A stretch of DNA of 57,425 nt, filler included, from Circinaria calcarea (Eukaryota), in the NCBI GenBank assembly GCA_051942165.1. It is 2 parts of 2 records of this genome, joined end to end, with 100 filler letters (N's around TTAATTAATTAA, not from the genome) between each part and the next. Parts side by side here need not be neighbours in the genome. Positions count along the whole stretch, not along the records: positions 1 to 28,688 come from JAVECS010000052.1; positions 28,789 to 57,425 come from JAVECS010000053.1. One strand, written 5' to 3'. Shown one piece after another: positions 23,465-36,616 of this stretch. Within the stretch, counting starts at the first letter, position 1. Every line of letters begins with the position of its first letter. Made by a program: the position numbers and the translations under genes. The notes beneath the pieces are model-generated. The model saw nothing but the letters and a program-made list of their open reading frames with translations, was not told where the DNA came from and made no database searches.

Positions 23465-26400
23465 ATGGATGTTATGATGGATCTAACCAGTGATGACGAC
23501 CTGGAAATCACGGGTGTAGTGAGAAAGCTGCTGGATGCTGACGAATACATACAAAGTCAGTTGCCACCTGGTTGTTATCAGCTTTAGTGATTTTGTACTA
23601 ATACTCAATATATAGGGGTCACCCAAGGTACATCCGCAACCCAGTCTGAAACAGATGATGACGATAAGGATATTGGCAAGACTCGCATGCGGGATAGAAA
23701 AGCAGACGGCGAAAAGGTTGAGTGGTCTGACGATGATGCACACGGAGCTTACGATAATTTCAAGAACCGGAAATCCCTCAAGCGCAAGAGAGCTGCTGCA
23801 AGTACCAGGAAGGCGAAAGCCATTGAAAAGGGAGGTGTGGCTGGGAAAAGGCCGAAAAAGTCCAGAGCCGAAAGCGGAGATGTCATGAGAGACTACGGTG
23901 AGGACTCGGACGATGACTTGATGGAGTATAATCTGCCAGACTACCTCCAAAACCGTCGGGCGCGTTTTGATCAGCGTACTAAGGAACTAAAGCAAGCTGG
24001 TCTGAAGCTTCCACCGATGTATGAGGATATTGAGTTTTCGGACGATGACAGATTGGAACACCTGCTTGAGAAGCCCATACTGCCCAAACAAAAGCCGTCT
24101 GCCGAGTATAAGGATGTGCAGCTACCTTATTCGCTTGGACTAATTCCTGCGCCCATCGCTCAATGGCTTCGGGAATACCAAGTTCAAGGCACTGCGTTTC
24201 TCCATAAGCTCTTTGTGTATCAAACTGGCGGTATTCTCGGAGATGACATGGGCTTGGGGAAGACGGTACAGGTGATAGCTTTTCTCACCGCAGCATTTGG
24301 CAAAACGGGTGACGAGCGAGATTCGAAGCGAATGAGGAAGATGAGGAGGCAAGGATCGAATTGGTACCCGCGAGTTCTAGTAGTTTGCCCTGGAACACTC
24401 ATCGAGAATTGGAAAGCCGAACTACGAACCTGGGGCTGGTGGCATGTTGATGTTTATCATGGAGATACCAAGGAGGCGGCCCTCCAAGCTGCTACTTCCG
24501 GTCGCCTTGAGATCATGATAACCACATACACTACTTATAGGGTGAACAAAAGTGCAATAAATATGATTGAATGGGATTGTGTTGTGGCCGATGAGTGTCA
24601 CCAGATTAAAAGTCGGAGTTCCGAGATCACTCAGGCTATGAATGAGATAAATGCTCTTTGCAGAATCGGTCTCACTGGTACAGCAATACAGAACTCCTAT
24701 GACGAGTTGTGGGCACTACTCAACTGGACAAACCCGGGGAAATTTGGACCGATATCCACCTGGAAGGCCAGCATCAGCGAACCGTTGAAGATAGGGCAAT
24801 CACACGATGCTACAGTCTATCAGCTAGCTAAGGCACGCAAGACGGCCAAAAAGCTAGTGGAGAACCTCCTCCCGCAGTTCTTCTTACGTCGGATGAAAAC
24901 TTTGATCGCACACCAACTCCCTAAAAAGAGCGATCGAGTCGTTTTTTGCCCACTGACTGATACCCAGGCGGACGCCTACCAAAACTTTCTGGATAGCGAT
25001 ATCATTGATTGCATCAAGAATTCCTCCGAATTGTGCCCGTGTGGTTCCAAAAAGAAGTCTGGTTGGTGCTGTCATCAACTTCTGCCGAATGGCAGTAAAT
25101 GGCAATCTTACGTTTTCCCGGCCATATCCAATCTCCAGAAGCTTTCCAATCACCTCGCGATTCTCATTCCGCAGGGAACCGACCCGAAAGAGAAACAAGA
25201 TAAAGACCTCGAGTTACTTCAGGTTGCGGTGCCTGACCAATGGCGCCAACTTTATCGCAATCGCGACTCCATTCTCAATTACTCCAATCCAGAATTCTGC
25301 GGGAAGTGGAAGATCTTGAAGAAACTCCTTCGCTTCTGGCATGCCAACGGCGACAAAGTCCTCGTCTTCTCACATTCCGTCCGTCTCCTCAAAATGCTTC
25401 AGATGCTCTTCAACCATACCGCTTACAACGTTTCTTATCTTGACGGCGCTATGTCTTACGAAGACCGCGCAAAAGCGGTCGACGACTTCAACACTGATGA
25501 TGCACAATTTGTCTTTCTTATTTCCACAAAATCAGGTGGCGTAGGCCTCAATATAACTTCCGCGAACAAAGTTGTCATTGTCGATCCCAACTGGAATCCC
25601 TCTTATGACCTTCAAGCTCAAGACCGTGCCTATCGTATTGGCCAACACCGTGATGTTGAAGTCTTCCGTCTTGTCTCAGCCGGTACGATTGAAGAAATCG
25701 TGTACGCGAGACAGATCTACAAGCAGCAACAAGCCAACATCGGCTATACTGCTAGTACGGAAAGACGCTATTTCAAAGGTGTGCAAGAGAAGAAAGAACA
25801 AAAGGGCGAGATCTTCGGCCTTGCCAACCTCTTCGCTTTCCAAGGTGACAATATTGTTCTCCGGGACATCGTCAACAAAACCAATGTGGCAGAGTCGAAA
25901 GCCGGTGTCGCTGTCGTAGGTCTCTCGCTTGACAACACAGACGATGATGACGATCCTCTGCTTGCAGACGACGATGAAGAAGACGGAGCAATGAGCCAAC
26001 TTGCTGCCCTCGTCGTTGGCGAAGACCGTACCTCGGCCAAATCAAAACGGAAAATCAGCGCCGGAAGCAAGAAGTCTGACCCAGTACAAGCCATCCTCGC
26101 CAGCGCCGGCGTAGAATACACACATGAGAACAGTGAGGTTGTCGGCTCCTCGAAAGTCGAAGCCCAGCTTTCCCGTCGCGCAGAAGAAGCCGGTCATGAC
26201 CTTGACATGGCCGAACAGCATGTCTTTCCCGAATCTCAAGAACGTTTTCATCTCTTTCAGAACCATCACCGTAGTGGAAGTGATGACGATGTCACGGATG
26301 AGGAAGATACAGAACCGGAGTGGCGGTACCATCCTCCGCAAGAAGTTATGAAGAGGCAGTTTTGCACCATGGCGCGGACGTTTGGGTTTAGCGACGCCAC

Positions 26401-26536
26401 GGAGTTTGCACTTGTGGTGGAGGGTTGGACGCAGGCGCAGAGGAGAAACTGCTTGGAGAAGTTTTATCGAGGGAGGAGGGAGAAGTTGAGGAAGGGGGGG
26501 AAAGGAGTAGGAATGACTGCTGGAGTGAATGGGTAA
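23465..26536 (+). CDS. SNF2-family DNA repair helicase, ERCC6L2 (Rad26-like)
   Basis: GGILGDDMGLGKTVQ, VADECH, GLTGTAIQN, FFLRRMK, GGVGLNIT, QAQDRAYRIGQ and a C-terminal HENSEVVGSSK (VIGSSK motif typical of ERCC6L2). Short first exon with an intron at about 23556-23615. Confidence 0.9.
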
Positions 26537-27815
26537 GTTGTAGATGCAATTAAGACTTGCCTTTGGCGGTAAGTACTCTGCAGTCAGGTCCGGACAACGC
26601 AGTCGGTCACCTTCCTACCGTCGCCTCGGTGTTGAAGTGGGGAACTACTTCATCCACAGAGATACGGGATGGTCAACTCTGGCTTAAGCTACGCTTTTGA
26701 GGAACCATTATTCGACATGGACACTAGAGAAGCGGCTATCAATGCAGCTGTTAAACACTCGACGCATATCCGAGAAACGGGAATAGCTTGAAAGGTGTAG
26801 TACTGTTGATAAGAGGGAGGGCGAAATAGCTAGGCGGGTGAGTGTATGGGACTGGGTGTTTGTTGAGAAGCGTTGATATGTATGATTGATATCCCAAGGA
26901 GGTCTCCTGTGATGGATATAGCAAACTTTGATGTAGGTGTTTTGGTTCTGGTTGTTCGTCAAGTGCGCTGCGGATACCCCTCGATAGTTGGTTTCTTTTT
27001 TTTTCTTGAAAAATCAAGACTATTTCATAGCTCGCAGCTTATATTATTTAGAATTTAGAGTTGGCTTCCTCCGTGACTGAAACATTCGCTTTCTCATATG
27101 TTTTGATACTGAGCTGGGTACCATGAAAGGATCGTGGGTAGTAGTCTATGGAGGAGAAGTGCTCTCGATTTGGATATCTTGTTTCTTAACTGCTGATTAA
27201 ATATCCAAATTCTGGCTTCATAGCAAAATTGAAGGGTTTCCCACGAGGGCCGAATTCCCTATCCCGTTCAAGATGCAGAGGTTGGAAGAAGCTAATTAGG
27301 TACGTGAATGAAGGTTGTTGAAGAGCGGGAATGTGAGAGAGATTGAAGACGGTGACTTGTTCAGATAAGTGTGCAGTATCAATAATAGTCCGGTGGTCTA
27401 ACTGTCTAGATTATCACACCGCGGTGAGGAGGCTGCTCCAAACGCATATTGATTCTTAGCTTGACAAGGGCTGATACGGGGGACTAACAGAGTCACGTAG
27501 TTAGCCTGGGTACATGAAAACTTCAGGCTCAGCCAAGCCAGATATGCGGGATAAGAAGGGTATGATTTTGGTGATGATTTGATCTGGGTAATTCGGGGGG
27601 GAGCTTACCTTGAGTTTCATGGTATATGAGAGCTTTTTCCGGCAAGAGTGGTGGGGAGAGTTTAAAGGGATGCGGGGATCAGGGGTTTTCAATGAGTCTT
27701 TTGGCAGGAATTCGATGGGGGAATTCTGTCGTTGAATGTTATAATAGAAGAGGGCGTTGGAGTGCAGCCGATACACTGGAGGGCTAAACTGCCAAGACCA
27801 TATAGTCGTCTTGCT

Positions 27816-28688
27816 CTACACTACAGTGTTATTCGGGAATTGAGAGTAATCCGGTTCGTCCCCTCCTGGTTGCTCTGGCAAGTCATTGTATATCACTACG
27901 ATCTCCAAGCCATCAGGGTCAGTGACGACAAGGACCGGGATTTTGGAGTTCTGCCGCATCAGCATAATCTGGATCTGTCTGGCCCGTTCGATAAACCCAC
28001 GGAGAGTAGGATCCTGTTCGGGTTCGGGGTAGTTTCGGAATTGAGAAAAGGTGTATTCCCAGTTTTCCCATTCCATTGTAACCGGAGGCTGAGCTTGAGC
28101 ACGGACGCTATCTTGATACTGCTCAGATTCTGGGTTGGCTTCATAGTCCTCATTCAAGATCACTGGGTCATCGAAAACTGCTGCAGGAAGGTCTTCGTCG
28201 TTTTCTCGACTGCTATTTCTGGCGCTCTGGGACTGTAGCTCGTTGGAAGCGGCGTTGTCGAGGTTGTTTTGTTCCGGAAGGGAAAGCAGCGCAATGGATT
28301 CCAGGTGAGCGGCAATATGGTTTCGAATAATCCTATCGTCTTCATCAGGAAGGAGGTCTGCACCGAGCAGTGAAGGCTCTTGTTTAGAACGAGCATCGGC
28401 AGTTTCCAAAGAAAAGGGGCACAGCGGACATTGTTGCCAAGTCTCAGACTTGTTATCAATACTTTGCCGTGCCAAAGCAGAAAAAAGGCCCGAAGCTGGA
28501 TGGGCACTTTTTTGGATCAGCATTTCCAGCTGAGATTCAGCGAAGTTGTCGCTATGCTCCTGGCGCATATGAAGTTCGAAACGCTCTTTTGAATCAAATA
28601 ATTCGGATTTGTGTCGGGAAGCTTGACATGACCAGACCATCGTGTGCTGCCATTTCATATGGCTTACCCATTCCTCAACGGTCTTGAA
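27816..28688 (-). CDS. 3' part of a fungal protein with C2H2-like zinc-binding motifs; 5' end cut off by the contig end
   Basis: W..HMKWQHTMVWSC...FELHMRQEH and CPLC...IRNHIAAHLESIALLSLP, followed by an acidic tail. The frame appears to run up to the N spacer. Confidence 0.65.
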   Translation of the reverse strand, partial: FKTVEEWVSHMKWQHTMVWSCQASRHKSELFDSKERFELHMRQEHSDNFAESQLEMLIQKSAHPASGLFSALARQSIDNKSETWQQCPLCPFSLETADARSKQEPSLLGADLLPDEDDRIIRNHIAAHLESIALLSLPEQNNLDNAASNELQSQSARNSSRENDEDLPAAVFDDPVILNEDYEANPESEQYQDSVRAQAQPPVTMEWENWEYTFSQFRNYPEPEQDPTLRGFIERARQIQIMLMRQNSKIPVLVVTDPDGLEIVVIYNDLPEQPGGDEPDYSQFPNNTVV

Positions 28689-28788
28689 NNNNNNNNNNNN
28701 NNNNNNNNNNNNNNNNNNNNNNNNNNNNNNNNTTAATTAATTAANNNNNNNNNNNNNNNNNNNNNNNNNNNNNNNNNNNNNNNNNNNN
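28689..28788. other. Artificial contig-joining spacer (N44-TTAATTAATTAA-N44)
   Basis: Exactly 100 nt and symmetric, with a central palindrome giving stop codons in all six frames. Confidence 0.97.
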
Positions 28789-28816
28789 AACGCCATCGAC
28801 CCGGCTTACCAAGACA

Positions 28817-31800
28817 TTATTTCCATGCACTTAATCCCGCCCAGGGATCTCCGGCACCGGGAACCTGCTTCCCACCGTTTCCACCTTGTCCTCGGGCTAG
28901 AGGCGGCTGCTGCCCGTACATATACCCCGATTGGATGCCAGGTGGTGGACCGGGCGGCGGTGGCGGAGGCACGTATCCTTGCGGTAAATGCTGCGGGTGC
29001 TGCGGGTAGGGAGCATGCTGGGTACTAGGGGGATACATGGTCTGAGTTGGGGGTGGAGAGGTAGAATTCTGGTAAGGGTATTGCATTGGGTCGTAGACTG
29101 AAGGGTAGGACTCTCGCTGGGGTGGTTCATGATAATTGCCGTTGGACGGCTGCGGAGGGTAGCCCTGGTATCCAGCGGCGGGCGACTGGGAAGGAGGCAT
29201 GTTGAATAGGTGTGCAGGGGGCTTCGCAGGGTAAGGAGGGGAAATAGGAGGCGATTTGTAGGCACTAGAGGTGTTAGTTTGAGACGAACGCGACAGAGGA
29301 ACTGATCTCGATGCCGATGACTTGGTACGGGTTGGGGATGATGTTGGGTCTACCGTCATTCGCTCCATAAGGCCTCGCAATCGGTCTCGCTCCCGATCCG
29401 CCTGGCCCCCAGCAGCACTTGCTTTATTACTTTCAATCTGACCAAGCAACTGTCCGCCTTCAGCCCGGCGGTTATTGACAAACGTTTCAACGTTCTTATC
29501 AAGGCTTTCAACTGTATCCTTCATCTCCGAGTAGAAGGTTTGTGCTCTCATAAGACCCGCAATGAGATCGTTGAAAGCCTGGTAGACTTTGCGGTACCGT
29601 GAGAGAACCGAGTTTCGTTGTCGAGTGAAGCTTTCGTATTTGGCTTGTTCTGACCGTACTCGTTTGTCTTGCAAGAGATCTCCATATGATTTCGTAAGCT
29701 CTTTCATCAGAGCGGTTTGCTTATGGTTGGCTTGCAGCAGGCGATTTTGGTGCGATCTAAATTTCTCTAGTTCGGATTGGAACAGCTGGTTCTCGTGATT
29801 CGCGATTGATTTTTTGTTTAGGATGAGCACGTTGGAAATGTCATCGTTATGGACCTAATCGACCATGAGCAAGCACTCGGATAATTGGCTAAAGAGACCA
29901 GGCGTACCTTTTCTTTGAGATCCTTGAGAACCTGTGTGCGATCTCTTTTAATCAGATTCAGCTTCTTGAGCAAATCCTCGATCCTGGCAATTTGATCCAT
30001 TACACTTGGGCCGCCTTCGCCATAATCTTCGTCCAGGAGGCTGCCTTCATTATTAGGGGAAGCTGGACTACCGAGTCCGCTTTTGCCCCTTCCGCGATTC
30101 CCACTAGCTTTGATCATCGCTCGCTGGTAGAGAACATCGGCCTCGTCAGTCTCTCCTGCTGACCTCATCTCATCAAAATCGGACTCGTACTGCCGCGAGG
30201 TTGCTAGCAGTTGAGCATCACTGCTACTAGCTTCATCTATCGCGGCACGATAACTCCTTATATCACTTCGTAAAGTGGCCGTCAGTCGCGAACTTGGCTG
30301 TTGTATCCATTCGCCTCCATATTTATTCCTCATCTTCTCACAGACGCTCTCTTCCATATCCAGCTGTCTCGTGCACGAATCCAACGTGCTCAGAATTTGT
30401 GATTTGTCCGTTTGTAGATGCTCAAATGCTTTGCCAAAAGGTTCATGTCCTGCAAGCTCTTCACACCAACTCCGGAACTCATTGTCCACAGTCGTCTCCT
30501 GGTCCATACCACCTTTGAGAACATTCAAGCTACCTGGTAGCTTCAGATAGTCAAGACTTGCAGCCATCTCATCATTCGCGGTCTCGACTTTCTCTGCCTC
30601 TGCTCTTACCAGCTTGGCTTTTTCTTCGTCGTACAGGCTGGCTGACTCCGTCACGGCCATGGGAACAATTTTCTGAAAGATATCGGGTCCGATTATCCTT
30701 TGAATATCTTGCCCTTGATACAGTTCGCTAACGGGAATGGCTTTGGCTGCTGGGAGCTTAGGGACGACTGCCAACGCCGCCTCGGCGGGTATGTTCTGAT
30801 GATATATGAAATCATTGTCCTTGATAAAAGATGCCAGCTTTTCCTGCACATTTGATAGATGGCGTTTGATGAGCTCGCCAAGGGTCGGTCCCGTCTCAGA
30901 GCTAAGATTCGAGCTAGGTGGAACGGATGAAGGGAAAGCACCAGCAACGCGGCTTGCATCTTTGGCCTGAGTTTCTGCGATTTGCAATCTTGCAATCGCA
31001 ACACCGTGAGAGTTGGCGTCGGCGTCTGCCATCGCTTGATAGTAATGCGCCAGAGAAGCCATGTAGCTAGCTTTGATTTGCGTTACTAACAGCCACACCC
31101 GCTCGAATATGGCTTTAGATACATTCTCATTCACCCCTTCCACCGCCTGGGCATACAATGATGCTGCCTGGCTGGCAAGTTTTGCGAGTAATCCGACCTT
31201 CTTTCCATCTGCGATTTGCTTCTCCAAGAAAACCTCTTGTGCTTGAGCCAGCATGATGGCAATGAGGGTCTTGACCGTGTCCCTGCTCAAGTCTGTGGAC
31301 GGAGCGTGTAGGAAGTTTTCATTGATATAAGTAAACATCCCGGCAGATGCCTGGAAAGAGTGATAGGCCGCTTTGAGGCCGCTATCTTCCGACCGGTTTT
31401 GGTGCGCCGCATGGCATGAGAGTACCGCCGATATGTTGAAGATAATCGATGCCTTCTCGTAAGCAAGAGAATACTGGGAAGTTGGCTTGTGTGTGAAGGC
31501 GTCAAACCTGTTGAGATATATTCATCAGCCTCTTGAGATCTCTCATACATAGAGCGGAGGAGTAGGCGCATACATACCACGTGAATGAGATTTTGATATG
31601 ATTCTCGTCCACGGGAAATCTCAGGTCCAATAGTTCGAGCTGACCATAGTACCTATACAGCAAATCCCGCCCTGCTGCGCTGTCCTGGCCCGCCCCTCTC
31701 ATATCCTGCCGCAACCTATTGAGGGTAGCACACTCCCCTGCATATCTCTCCGGATCGTCCCCGTATGTCTGTCTTATGTAGCCCTTGAGTGGTAGTATCC

Positions 31801-31855
31801 AATCAATCTCACTGGTCTGCTTTAGCGGACTTGATATCATCGGTGGCTGTAGCAT
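28817..31855 (-). CDS. BRO1: Vacuolar protein-sorting protein BRO1 (Bro1 domain, V domain, Pro-rich tail), multi-exon
   Basis: PMISSPLKQT, LNRLRQDMRG, LLYRYYGQLELLDLRFP, KDNDFIYHQ, IIGPDIFQK, ASLYDEEKAKL, a Pro/Tyr/Gln-rich tail and DPWAGLSAWK. Confidence 0.93.
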
Positions 31856-32666
31856 CTTTACAACTGAAAACCTTCCTGGGCAGGTTCTAAACAGCGCCCG
31901 ATCCGGTCACTCGAAGCACCTTGCAGATCCTATGCATGTTACTAGTAGTGCTACGTAGCGTTATCTCATGGAGCTGTGAATGCGATGGCTGGGACTCTCG
32001 ACAGATGTTGCGGGTGGGAGAATGCTGCCTCGAGCAATCCAGGTCACGAGAGTCGGGATGGAGCTTGATCGGTAAGTCGATAAAGTGAGAAGGTATGATG
32101 GATAGCTTCGATGAGTTTTCTCCTATTCTATAGTATGAAGTGCATAGATAGACTGCCGTCGCGTTCGGTTAGTAAGGCAGATGATGCGTCTTTCCGTTTA
32201 TAGGAGTTTCCCGAGTGAAGCTTGGTGTCTTGAGGCATATGTTTCGCTACTGAGAGATACCAGCGATTCATATGAGGGTAGGTGGCTTATATTCATTATA
32301 GGACTTTCCCATTGATGATGCCGCACAACCCCTGCTATTACTACTCGAATGCCAAATGGATATTGCCGTTCGATAGGTGAGAGCTTAATCGGACTACTGA
32401 ATCGACATCAGCCACTCATATGATGATGCGTCTAACCGCCGACGTCAGCCAGCCTATGGCCCGCAATGTGACTAACAGTGCATATTCAACCTCAAAGAAA
32501 TTAGATTGGCTGAGCTGCGTTGTAAGGTAGTCGTATTTATACAATTATCATATGATGAGTGTGTCACTCGAAACATCTAAAAAGTAAGATCCTGCTCGGA
32601 GAATCCACCCTCGCTATGTATAGCCAATACACAATATAGTACAGTCATGGCAGATATACGTCCTCG

Positions 32667-34423
32667 TCATCCAGAGCCAGATGCTTTCTTGGGTTCTTCC
32701 TCGCCATTAGTCTCTCCTCCTTTCGGATCCTGGGTCTTCTTGTCGGACGTTAGGTGGTCGTGTTGATGTGTCAAACGATGCCATGCTGCCTTGAGGAAGC
32801 CCTCGTTCTGGTGCGCCTCAGCAGTGTTGCTGGTTGTAGGTGGGGCGTCGGTCGAGGTTGGAGATGAGCTGCATATATATGTTAGACAGCGTACTTTCTC
32901 CAAAAAAAAGGGTGCTTGCGGCCGGTCACCTGGCCTTTCCGACATTCATAATCCTCTTCGCTGTCTTGTCTCCTATCTCGTCCGCCAGCATCTCTAATAT
33001 AGTCCTCTGATTAGAGCTTAGGTATTTCGGCATCGCTACTTTGAATTCCACGCGAAGGTCCCCAGATGCTCCTCTCCTACCGCCGAGCTTCCGCATACCC
33101 ATTCCACTAAGAGTGATCTTGTCGCCGGTGCCTGTACCTGTTGCCACCTTGACCTTTACTTCTCCATCCAATGTCGGTACTGTGACCTCGCCACCTAGAG
33201 CCGCAGTTGTGAACGGAATCGAGGCAGTGTAGAGCACATCAGCCCCTGACCGACTGAACTTCGTGTCAGGTGAAACCCTGATGAAAACATACAAATCTCC
33301 CCTCGACGAACGAGCATTCGGATTTGCCGCGGTACCTGTAGGTGGTGCATCCCCTTCTCCAGATATCCTAAGACGCATTCCGTCCTCCACCCCACCTGGT
33401 ATATCCACCGAAACAGTCTTACGCTCCCTTACGACCCCATTACCATTACAGGTGTTGCATTCCCCGCCTCGCGGAATCACAACTCCTTGCCCGCCGCAAG
33501 CATCGCAGGTGCTCGCCATTTGGAAACCGGCCTGCATGAAATGGACCCGTGTTCCCGTACCGCCACATTTCTTACATGACGTCCTTGACTGGCCTTTCTT
33601 CAAACCTACCCCTGAACAGGTTTTGCACTGAACAAGGGGCGTAACGTAGATATCTTTGGTGGTTCCTTTCGCCGCATCCATAAATGTAATGTTGGTCTGG
33701 ACCTCTATATTTTCCCCCACCAAAATCTCCTCCTGGAAGGGCGACTGCCGTGAACCTCGTCCTCTTCTTGCCCCTCCACCAAAAGCGCCAAACAGATCTT
33801 CGAAGTTGATATCCGCCCCGAACCCTCCTCCACCAAAGCCACCAAACCCGGCGCCCCCTGCTGCGCCGGCAAATGGGCCACCGGGCCCGGCGCCGCCACT
33901 CGGGTCAAAGCCAGCCCCTTGATCAAACGCTGCGGCCCCGTACTGGTCCCATGCTTCCTTCTTCTTGGGATCGGAAAGCATCTCATAAGCTGTCTGGGCC
34001 TCCGCGAACCGGTCTTTGGCCCCTGTTTCTTTGTTGGTGTCGGGATGGTACCTTTTCGCCAGTGAATAATATGCTTTTTTGATTTCGGCCGCAGAGGCAT
34101 TCTTGTCGACTCCAAGAACGGTGTAAGGGTTTTTAGTTGCGTGTCGCGCAGCTGAAGCGTGAAAAGACTATAATCCATCAGCACTGGAGCTTTTGACGTT
34201 TCCTGGAGAGTCAACTTACCCTTTGCTGCGTAGACTGGATCTGAGTCCATGACCGCGTTGATAGTCTACAGGGGCTTCGATAAGAAGCTTCCGAATGAAG
34301 GTCACGGCATGTTCTCGTCTGGGCTCTTCGTGTAATGCGTTGCCTTTGATGGGGAGTGGATGTGCCTATAAGTCGGACAGGAAAGATCACCCTCATAGGA
34401 AGGGCTGACCCCACTAGACTCAT
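32667..34423 (-). CDS. MDJ1: Mitochondrial class A DnaJ/Hsp40 chaperone, multi-exon
   Basis: Arg/Ser-rich presequence, J domain with YHPD, G/F-rich region, four CxxCxGxG repeats and DnaJ C-terminal domain. Confidence 0.92.
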
Positions 34424-35232
34424 GACCTTTTCAAATTGATTCTGCCAAGGTATGAGCTATCTAAGATGATTGATGTTGCCTCTCTACTATCAAGGTTGAC
34501 TATTGAATTTGTAAACATCATATAGGTAATCGGCCAAAAAGTTTTCTACGGCGGAGGAAACTTGCGCTTGACGCCGATTGGCTACAAGACCTTCAAACAA
34601 ACCAATTATATAGGTAATCGTTCACCTGTGTAATGGTCAACTGGCTAATTATTCACTATTACTGCTATTACTGCCCACTACTGCAGCAACAGTAGATCCC
34701 TTGGGTAACTACTTTCCGGGTCTCCTTCAGCGTGACTTTATCGGGCGAGCTACAGAGTAAAGCGATAACGAGGGGGGAGTAATAATAAGGGGGCAGTAAA
34801 AACAAGAGGCCAGCGGCAACGAAGTAAGAGCAGAGGCAGACGCAAATTTAAGAACTTTAGACCCAGCTATAGAAGATCTTGTCATTCATCAAATACGTTG
34901 TTAAGAATATGCATAAGTAGTTTGGCTATATATCGCGTTTGGTTAGTTGCACGGAACAGCTCTTCAGATTTGGGCTCTATCTTCTGAATATGCATTTAAT
35001 ATAATCCTTCGTACAGCTTTATCGGCAAGCCATACGATAATGCGCCATTGGATACCAGACCTTTTCAGTATCTCCGCTCGCCGATGCAGCCAGGGGGTAT
35101 CTTTTCAATCAGTATATACTCCCATTCCCGATCCGATTATTTTAATATGTCCGTGACACCGTGCTCGAATTTCCTCCTTATATCCGCAGGGCTTGTAGGA
35201 CTCTCATGAAGATCACGATCTACCCAGATTCT

Positions 35233-35919
35233 TCACCTCAACCTCGAGGGTACGAATCTCATCCTGAAACTTTTGTCTAAAACATTAAGTCAGCCTAAGA
35301 GTATAGAGTAGCCAACGTATAAACCAGAAGACCTGGAACTATACATACCCTGATTGTATACGCTATATATGAACGACGCAACGACATCATGCTCTGATAT
35401 TCCCGCCGCATTGAAATCCTTTCTCACCGCCAGTGCAAGGTGATCTTTATCGACCCTTCGACGGTCTTTACGTAAGGCCATCGTAGGTGAATAGCGCCCC
35501 AGCCCAGGGCCGGTGAGTATCATCCGATTGCGAGCGGAAATAAACGCTGAAGGGGTATTGAGTCGATGGGTATGCCGATACGCCTGAAGAACGGAGGTGT
35601 CAAGACTGGACCAATTAATCTATACCCCGGGTGAACGTCAGTCATGGACCCTTGGTACTGATGAATGAGGGTGGGATGAGGAGAAGGGCCATACTCCTCC
35701 GGTTGCCTCTGACCCACTCTGCTGCCCGACAGGCTCTTCCACTGTTGCATGGGCGGTGGTCACATCCTTCAAAGTGCTACTCGCGACAACAGTCGAATTG
35801 GCCGTCCTTCGGCCTTTGCCGGTGCCAGATAGCAGTGCTCCGGCTGTAGGTTTCTCTCTCGCACTCGACACATCGAATTTCGAATCCTCGGGAACACCGC
35901 GGGTTTTTGGAGGCGCCAT
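35233..35919 (-). CDS. SAP30-like Sin3/HDAC complex subunit, multi-exon
   Basis: MAPPKTR start, ..HRLNTPSAF.., and LALAVRKDFNAAGISEHDVVASFIYSV (SAP30 Sin3-binding-like). The last exon reads DKSFRMRFVPSRLR*. Confidence 0.75.
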
Positions 35920-36616
35920 TGATTTGGAGGAGAGATGGCGGAACGGAAGTAGAAAAGTGAAGGAACACGAAGAGGTGGAATGAATTGTTGATGACTCTCG
36001 TGTGATCTGCGCAAAGTGGCTGAATGTAGAATCATCAGAGCTTCTGTGCCATTGACATGAGGAATCCCGAATCACTGTAGTCTAATTAGGAAAAGACATC
36101 GACGTTAATGTCCGTTTTTCGCTTATCGTGCCTTACGGGAGTAGGCAAGTCGCTGACAATTCGATCAGGTAAACCCGGTTACATTTGGCCCTCTAACCTG
36201 AACTGACATTCCGAGTCAAAGGAGACACGCTACCAGGGAGATCTCCCCTTTCAATAAATCATTTCGGTAAGCTTTGATCCAATTTATCGGCTATGGCACG
36301 GTAAGAATACCTCTATACCACTCCCTTTACGGTCTACTTGCCGATCATGGGCGGTATTATCATTCACTCTGAAATGAAGAACTACGGTGAGATTCACCAG
36401 ATCCTCTACTTTTGAGAGTGACTTCACTCCTCCTATGGTTTCTCCTTCTTGCGCATCTGCATCACAGCTTAGGCGTTTGATTGTTTACATATTGTGCACG
36501 CTTTGACAACAGTTGATGTTGCACATGAGACATCTGCTTCAGCAACGCCTACGAAGTGCCACTAGAACTACTTCACTTACTGTCCGGCGACAAGTTCGCG
36601 GTCGCGTCAGTCCATC

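Noticed and set aside
26600..27800. Possible gene or transposon remnant downstream of the helicase
   Set aside because: Only short broken frames, with no recognisable transposase/RT motif or terminal repeats.
28733..28744. TTAATTAATTAA palindrome as a biological site (e.g. piggyBac TTAA target)
   Set aside because: It is centred in symmetric N runs and is an artificial linker.
31900..32600. Several TGATGA/CTGA motifs suggesting a snoRNA cluster
   Set aside because: No rRNA-antisense guide or terminal stem could be identified. The region is the BRO1 promoter and MDJ1 3' end.
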